Source: Saccharolobus solfataricus
GTDB lineage: Archaea > Thermoproteota > Thermoprotei_A > Sulfolobales > Sulfolobaceae
Assembly (NCBI RefSeq): GCF_900079115.1
Contig: NZ_LT549890.1
Coordinates: 2,280,001 to 2,312,000, forward strand
DNA length: 32,000 bases
Direction: 5' to 3'
The position numbers and the translations under genes were made by a program. Positions within the stretch are counted from its first letter, which is position 1. Each line of letters starts with the position of its first letter. Below are positions 27,713-32,000 of this stretch, in pieces. The notes under the pieces were generated by a model, which was not told the DNA's origin, made no database searches, and worked only from the letters and a program-made list of their open reading frames with translations.

Positions 27713-27766
27713 GTGAGGATGACGAATCCGGGAACTGATCAGTGAGGACATGCGCGAACGCTGATT
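27713..27766 (+). ncRNA. Box C/D sRNA candidate 3 (variant boxes, exact 12-nt guides)
   Basis: The plus strand reads GTG-AGGATGA(C, 27716-27722)-CGAATCCGGGAA(12 nt)-CTGA(D', 27735-27738)-TCA-GTGAGGA(C', 27742-27748)-CATGCGCGAACG(12 nt)-CTGA(D, 27761-27764). The k-turn-critical GA dinucleotides are retained. An A/T-rich TATA-like AATTTTTAAT element (27684-27693) lies about 26 nt upstream. Confidence 0.65.
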
Positions 27767-29376
27767 TAAGCTAAGTAAATTCCTTCCTCCGCTACATATT
27801 TCTCTCTTGCTAAATCCATCATCTTTCTTGTGAAGAATATTGAGTAAATTATTACGACTATTCCAAAGATTAATGAATCCCAAGCGGCGAGAGGTACATT
27901 TCCATTTGCAGTAGCAACTGCAATGTTTTTCATTATACCATGACTGACTTGCAATGTATAACCATTAACGATATTTGTCCAATACTCCCCTATTGCCAAT
28001 CCTCCCCACGCGCTATTAATCGTGCTGGAAAGTCCAGCAATTATATATGGGAATGTTGAAGGTACGATTACATATCTTAGCTTCTGCCAGAAGGAGAAAT
28101 TATAATTTTTCATAATCTCCCAGTATTGGTTAGGCATATTCTTTATTCCAAGCCAATAGCTATAGAAAACGTAATAGAAAGTTGATATGAAACCTAAAAG
28201 TATTACGTAAAACTCGTTTGTCCAACTTCCAAATACACTATGAATAAAACTTATAGTAGCCATAAGAAGCAATGGAAAGTAAGCTGGAGCTGGAAAAGAT
28301 GCATAGGCTTGTATTATAGGTATCAACATTCCTTCTACCCTCTCATGAGTTGCGATGAAATATCCTAGAAATATTGAGAATACTAGACTAACAATTGCAA
28401 TAAAAAGTACTCTTACGTAATCTATTAGAAGATTAAAAAGAACATTAGGAGTATTTGAGATTAAGTAAAGCAAAACTGATTTAGGCACAGAGGAGATTGT
28501 AGAGAAGGCACCATAGACCAATAATCCCAATAAAAATACAGAGATTCCAATACCCAAATATCTCCAAGGCAAATTCCTCCTAGTCTCTTCTTCACTGATT
28601 GTAGTTCTACTTCCAATCCTAGTTACATATTTAGATAATTTAACAAAAGGGGCTATTGTGTTTGACATTCTGGTAGTATATCTTATTCGCATTCTACCTC
28701 TTTTCGCCACTTTTATTTCAGTATCTAATCCGTATTTAGACACTGTATAGTTGGCAAATCTTCTCAATAAATATGTAAATATAGTTATAAGAATTGCAAG
28801 AACTCCTAATCCCTCTAAGGCTAGATTGTACTCTTGAGACGCAGTAAACGCTGCAATTATTGTGCCTATACCAAATACATGGTAACTAGAACTGCCTATG
28901 GAGAAAACCTCACTAACAGTAATATAGAAGAATGCGTCAGCGAAACTTGGTATAAGATTTGCAGCTATCCTAGGCCACGAATAAGGGATATATAACTTAG
29001 CCATTTTACCTAAAAAGCCTAATCTATAGTTTTCGCTTACTTCTAAAAGATCACTTGGAACAGTCTTAAAAGCTTGATATATTCCTATCCATATATTCCA
29101 TACTACAGCAGTGAAGACTAGAAAATCTACAGCCAATTCTATACCAAGATATCCACCAATCCTATATACAAAGAATATTAAAACAACTGGAAAGAACGAA
29201 ATTACTGGAACTGACTCGAAAACTTCTAAAACTGAAATGTAAATGTTCTCAAACGCCTTATTTTTTATCGCTATATATCCTAGAAACCACCCAGTAATTA
29301 TTGATAAACCTATTGTAAGAAAAACTCTACCTAATGATGCTAGGGAAGCCAAAAGAATTATCACTATCTCATTCAT
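27766..29376 (-). CDS. ABC transporter permease with a fused double transmembrane domain (NitT/TauT-like binding-protein-dependent type)
   Basis: 536-aa protein with about 12 TM segments in two homologous halves. Each half resembles a BPD-transport inner-membrane component. It overlaps the ATPase gene by 8 nt. Confidence 0.75.
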   Translation of the reverse strand: MNEIVIILLASLASLGRVFLTIGLSIITGWFLGYIAIKNKAFENIYISVLEVFESVPVISFFPVVLIFFVYRIGGYLGIELAVDFLVFTAVVWNIWIGIYQAFKTVPSDLLEVSENYRLGFLGKMAKLYIPYSWPRIAANLIPSFADAFFYITVSEVFSIGSSSYHVFGIGTIIAAFTASQEYNLALEGLGVLAILITIFTYLLRRFANYTVSKYGLDTEIKVAKRGRMRIRYTTRMSNTIAPFVKLSKYVTRIGSRTTISEEETRRNLPWRYLGIGISVFLLGLLVYGAFSTISSVPKSVLLYLISNTPNVLFNLLIDYVRVLFIAIVSLVFSIFLGYFIATHERVEGMLIPIIQAYASFPAPAYFPLLLMATISFIHSVFGSWTNEFYVILLGFISTFYYVFYSYWLGIKNMPNQYWEIMKNYNFSFWQKLRYVIVPSTFPYIIAGLSSTINSAWGGLAIGEYWTNIVNGYTLQVSHGIMKNIAVATANGNVPLAAWDSLIFGIVVIIYSIFFTRKMMDLAREKYVAEEGIYLA

Positions 29377-30067
29377 TACTATTCCCTCCCTTCTTTACTG
29401 GAGTTAAGAGCGCATAGAGTATATCTAAATACTCTTGAAAGCTTTCATCCTTTGGATTCCTTGGCCTTTCCAGTTTTATTTCTACTTCTCCAATAACTGT
29501 AGCTGGTCTTCCGTTTAGAACGTAAACTCTATCAGCCAATTCAACTACTTCACTCAAATTATGGGATACTAAGACTACACTATGAAGTGTAGTAGACTCG
29601 TTGAATAGCATTGAATGTACTTCTTGCCTTAAACCTTCTGCAGTTAACTCATCCAAGTGTGAAAACGGTTCGTCCATTAAAAGCACTAATGGATTAGCAG
29701 CTAAAGCCCTAGCTATAGCTATTCTTTGTCTCATTCCTCCGCTCATTTGCTTTGGATAGAAATCCTCGAAACCCTGAAGCCCAACTACTTCTAGCATATG
29801 TTTAGCTAGTCTGTCTTCTTCTTCTTTGGGTAATTTTCTATATTTCAATCCTAGCTTAACATTCTCCAATGCTGTAAGCCAGGGAAACGTTGCTATTGAT
29901 TGATGTATTAGTGCAATTTTTGGCGTTGGATTAATTATCTTTTTTCCTAATAGCCTAATTTCCCCCTTAAGTGGTTTCACAAACCCTCCCAATACTCTTA
30001 GAAGTGTTGATTTACCAATCCCAGACGGACCTACTATAGCTATAAGCTCCTTATCTTTAGTATACAT
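29369..30067 (-). CDS. ABC transporter ATP-binding protein (NitT/TauT-like). The start is problematic, because conserved N-terminal sequence continues upstream to 30208 without a canonical start codon.
   Basis: It has Walker A GPSGIGKST, the signature MSGGMRQRIAIARAL, Walker B LLMDEPFSHLD and an H-loop SHNL. Only 12 residues precede Walker A if translation begins at the ATG at 30067. Confidence 0.75.
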   Translation of the reverse strand: MYTKDKELIAIVGPSGIGKSTLLRVLGGFVKPLKGEIRLLGKKIINPTPKIALIHQSIATFPWLTALENVKLGLKYRKLPKEEEDRLAKHMLEVVGLQGFEDFYPKQMSGGMRQRIAIARALAANPLVLLMDEPFSHLDELTAEGLRQEVHSMLFNESTTLHSVVLVSHNLSEVVELADRVYVLNGRPATVIGEVEIKLERPRNPKDESFQEYLDILYALLTPVKKGGNSNE

Positions 30068-30208
30068 GTTAATGTTTTCGAATACTAAATATCCATTTGG
30101 ATAAGCATATGCTATATCAATGGCCTCTAGGATTCTTCCAACAGATTCACCGTTTTCTCTCTTCTTGTAAATTCTTAAAAGCTTTTCGATAGTTTTCCCT
30201 ATTATAAC

Positions 30209-30448
30209 CTAAGTTGGGGATTTATCCCTACGGCGAAAAATATTGAATATCCTCCTTATTTTTATAAAGGAGTTTAGTATTAATAACTCTGTTAAAAAGA
30301 TCAAACAAAGATATATGATATTAAAAGGAATTGTAGTTAAAAGATGATATACTGTATATCCGTAAACGACTCTAACACTCTCCATTCCAATCTTATAATC
30401 AACGAATGTAAGCATTAGAGAGACCAAACCGATAATAATCCACTTCAC
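30209..30448 (-). CDS. Small 79-aa two-TM membrane protein (hypothetical)
   Basis: The ORF has two hydrophobic helices and a basic tail (RRIFNIFRRRDK). It is in the same reading frame as the downstream ABC ATPase, separated from it only by its TAG stop. Confidence 0.35.
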   Translation of the reverse strand: MKWIIIGLVSLMLTFVDYKIGMESVRVVYGYTVYHLLTTIPFNIIYLCLIFLTELLILNSFIKIRRIFNIFRRRDKSPT

Positions 30449-30482
30449 ATTAATAGTATTAAAAAACTAAAAAATAAACTTT

Positions 30483-30980
30483 TTAGTTTCGATTAACCGT
30501 CTGTATCTTCTTTAGATATTCCATTATTCCTCCAGCTTGTAGAATTTCTAGTGCCATTCCAGTTATGCCCTTCCCCTTAAGTACCTTATTACCAACTAGG
30601 ATCTCGCCAGTCTCTACGTTAATTCTAACGTACTCATTTTCATTAATCTCCCTCGTTGAATTAGGTAACGTTATAACTGGTAATCCATTATTTATTGCAT
30701 TTCTATAGAATATTCTAGCAAAAGACTCTGCAATTACTGCCTTAACTCCAGCAGCCTTTAGCGCTATGGCAGCTTGCTCTCTTGATGATCCCATTCCAAA
30801 TACCTTACCAGCAACTATCACAACACCTTTTGATGCCTTCTTGTAAAACTCTGGATCTAAAGGTTCCATGGCATGTTGTGCTAAATATTGTGGATCAGTG
30901 TACTTTAGGTACCTAGCTGGAATTATTATATCAGTATCTATCTTATCGCCAAACTTAATTACTGGACCCTCTATTATCAC
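30483..30980 (-). CDS. leuD: Aconitase-family dehydratase small subunit (3-isopropylmalate / homoaconitate dehydratase, LeuD/HacB type)
   Basis: 165 aa with a GTG start abutting the large-subunit stop. It has [12 protein letters not shown] and [14 protein letters not shown] motifs. The YLKY specificity loop does not let me choose between the IPMI and homoaconitase types. Confidence 0.8.
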   Translation of the reverse strand: MIIEGPVIKFGDKIDTDIIIPARYLKYTDPQYLAQHAMEPLDPEFYKKASKGVVIVAGKVFGMGSSREQAAIALKAAGVKAVIAESFARIFYRNAINNGLPVITLPNSTREINENEYVRINVETGEILVGNKVLKGKGITGMALEILQAGGIMEYLKKIQTVNRN

Positions 30981-32000
30981 TTAGACCACCCTAGGATCTG
31001 CAATTTTACCTTCCAATGCACTAATAGCTGCAACGGCTGGACCAGATAGGTAAATTTTCGCCTCGTTGCTTCCCATTCTTCCTTTGAAGTTCCTAGAGCT
31101 TGTGGATACAATATTTTCACCTGGGCCAGCTATACCGAAGTGACCACCCAAACAAGGTCCACAAGTTCCATACGTTACAATACATCCCGCATCAACTAAT
31201 GTCTGTATATAACCTCTTTCTAAAGCCTCTTTAAACATTCTATAAGATGCAGGAATTGCGATACATCTACTCTTAACTTTCTTCCCCTTCATTATTTTGG
31301 CAGCTATCTCGAAATCACTTAGCCTGCCATTAGTACAAGAACCTATGTAAACTTGATCTACTGGAGTACCCTCTAATTCATTTACGACCTTAACGTTATC
31401 TACACTATGAGGAGCTGCAACTAGAGGTTCCATTTTGTCTAGTTGAATAGTGTACTCATCAACATATTTAGCTCCGTTATCTGGTGTAACTAATTCTGGT
31501 TCGTATCCTCTCATCTCTTTTATGTATCTCTTAGTTTCTTGATCTGGTACGAACATTAGGGCATCTGCATTCATTTCAATTCCCATATTTGATACTGTTG
31601 CCCTATAATCCATTGGAAAACTTAACGGATCCTTGACAAATATCTCTAACGTCATTCCATTAAAGTAATCTGCCTTGAAGTCTCCCAGTAACTTTAATGC
31701 GACATCCTTACCAGTTATCCATTTAGCGGGTTTACCTTCTAAAACTACTTTAAATGGTTGTGGTACTACTAACCAAGTTTTACCAGTTATTACAGCAGCT
31801 GCAATATCACTAGCTCCCATACCCTGAGCGAATGCTCCAACAGCACCGGAAGTAGTTGTATGACTATCCGCTGCTAAAATAACTTGTCCAGGATTCGCGT
31901 ACTGCTCTATCATAACCTCATGTAAAATTCCGTAATTTATGTCATAAAAATTAGGAATACCTTCCGATTTCACGAATTTCCTTATATAGCCTTGAATTTC
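30981..32000 (-). CDS. leuC: Aconitase-family dehydratase large subunit (LeuC/HacA type). The N-terminus lies beyond the window edge.
   Basis: It has the ADSHTTT, GSCTNGR and CGPCLG Fe-S cluster ligand motifs. The reading frame stays open upstream of the track's GTG (31973) to the end of the window. Confidence 0.85.
   Translation of the reverse strand, partial: EIQGYIRKFVKSEGIPNFYDINYGILHEVMIEQYANPGQVILAADSHTTTSGAVGAFAQGMGASDIAAAVITGKTWLVVPQPFKVVLEGKPAKWITGKDVALKLLGDFKADYFNGMTLEIFVKDPLSFPMDYRATVSNMGIEMNADALMFVPDQETKRYIKEMRGYEPELVTPDNGAKYVDEYTIQLDKMEPLVAAPHSVDNVKVVNELEGTPVDQVYIGSCTNGRLSDFEIAAKIMKGKKVKSRCIAIPASYRMFKEALERGYIQTLVDAGCIVTYGTCGPCLGGHFGIAGPGENIVSTSSRNFKGRMGSNEAKIYLSGPAVAAISALEGKIADPRVV

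Noticed and set aside
1-32000. I scanned for CRISPR repeats, IS or transposase genes, integrases, MITE-like terminal inverted repeats, tRNA or rRNA genes, and toxin-antitoxin pairs.
   Set aside because: No regularly spaced repeats were found. There were no transposase or integrase-like ORFs and no GC-rich cloverleaf-sized segments with a T-loop consensus. The RHH protein has no adjacent toxin-like partner. The window looks like a conserved core chromosome.

Overview
The window is low-GC, tightly packed archaeal chromosome that is almost certainly Sulfolobales, and looks like Saccharolobus (Sulfolobus) solfataricus. Several proteins match well-studied S. solfataricus proteins as I remember them (recall, not a database search): the Y-family polymerase Dpo4, the Hel308/Hjm helicase, the small tyrosine phosphatase SsoPTP and the RadA paralog Sso2452. 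I call about 37 protein genes. These include molybdenum-hydroxylase subunits (cutB/cutC type), a uroporphyrinogen methyltransferase operon, an amidohydrolase-fold protein and a Trm5/TYW2-family methyltransferase. They also include a glutamine-synthetase-like ligase coupled to a Zn-ADH, ribosomal protein L13e, RtcA, a pfkB-kinase/dpo4 operon, a TIP49/RuvBL-like AAA+ ATPase and a GMP synthase amidotransferase subunit. Further on come a PTP-nfi-pncA-DHH operon, a metallophosphoesterase, a DUF763-like protein, a phosphate module (DUF47/PhoU-like, PiT, RHH regulator) and Hel308. The window ends with the acetyl/propionyl-CoA carboxylase operon (accC-accB-pccB), an ABC permease/ATPase pair and leuC/leuD-type dehydratase subunits. 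I saw no rRNA, tRNA, CRISPR array, IS element or integrase, so this is core genome rather than an accessory island. The most interesting unexplained signal is in the few real intergenic gaps. Three of them contain complete box C/D sRNA architectures (C, D', C', D boxes with 10-12 nt guides). Two of these bracket the TIP49/RuvBL gene: one overlaps its stop codon, and the other sits in the 5' leader of the pfkB-dpo4 operon. Other finds are an unlisted 45-aa TRASH/YHS-type Cys4 mini-ORF and an ABC ATPase whose conserved N-terminal strands lie upstream of any canonical start codon. There is also an amidohydrolase-fold protein with degenerate metal ligands, and several candidate operator or structured-RNA elements. 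All coordinates and motifs were read by eye from the sequence. Family assignments rest on motif recognition without searches.
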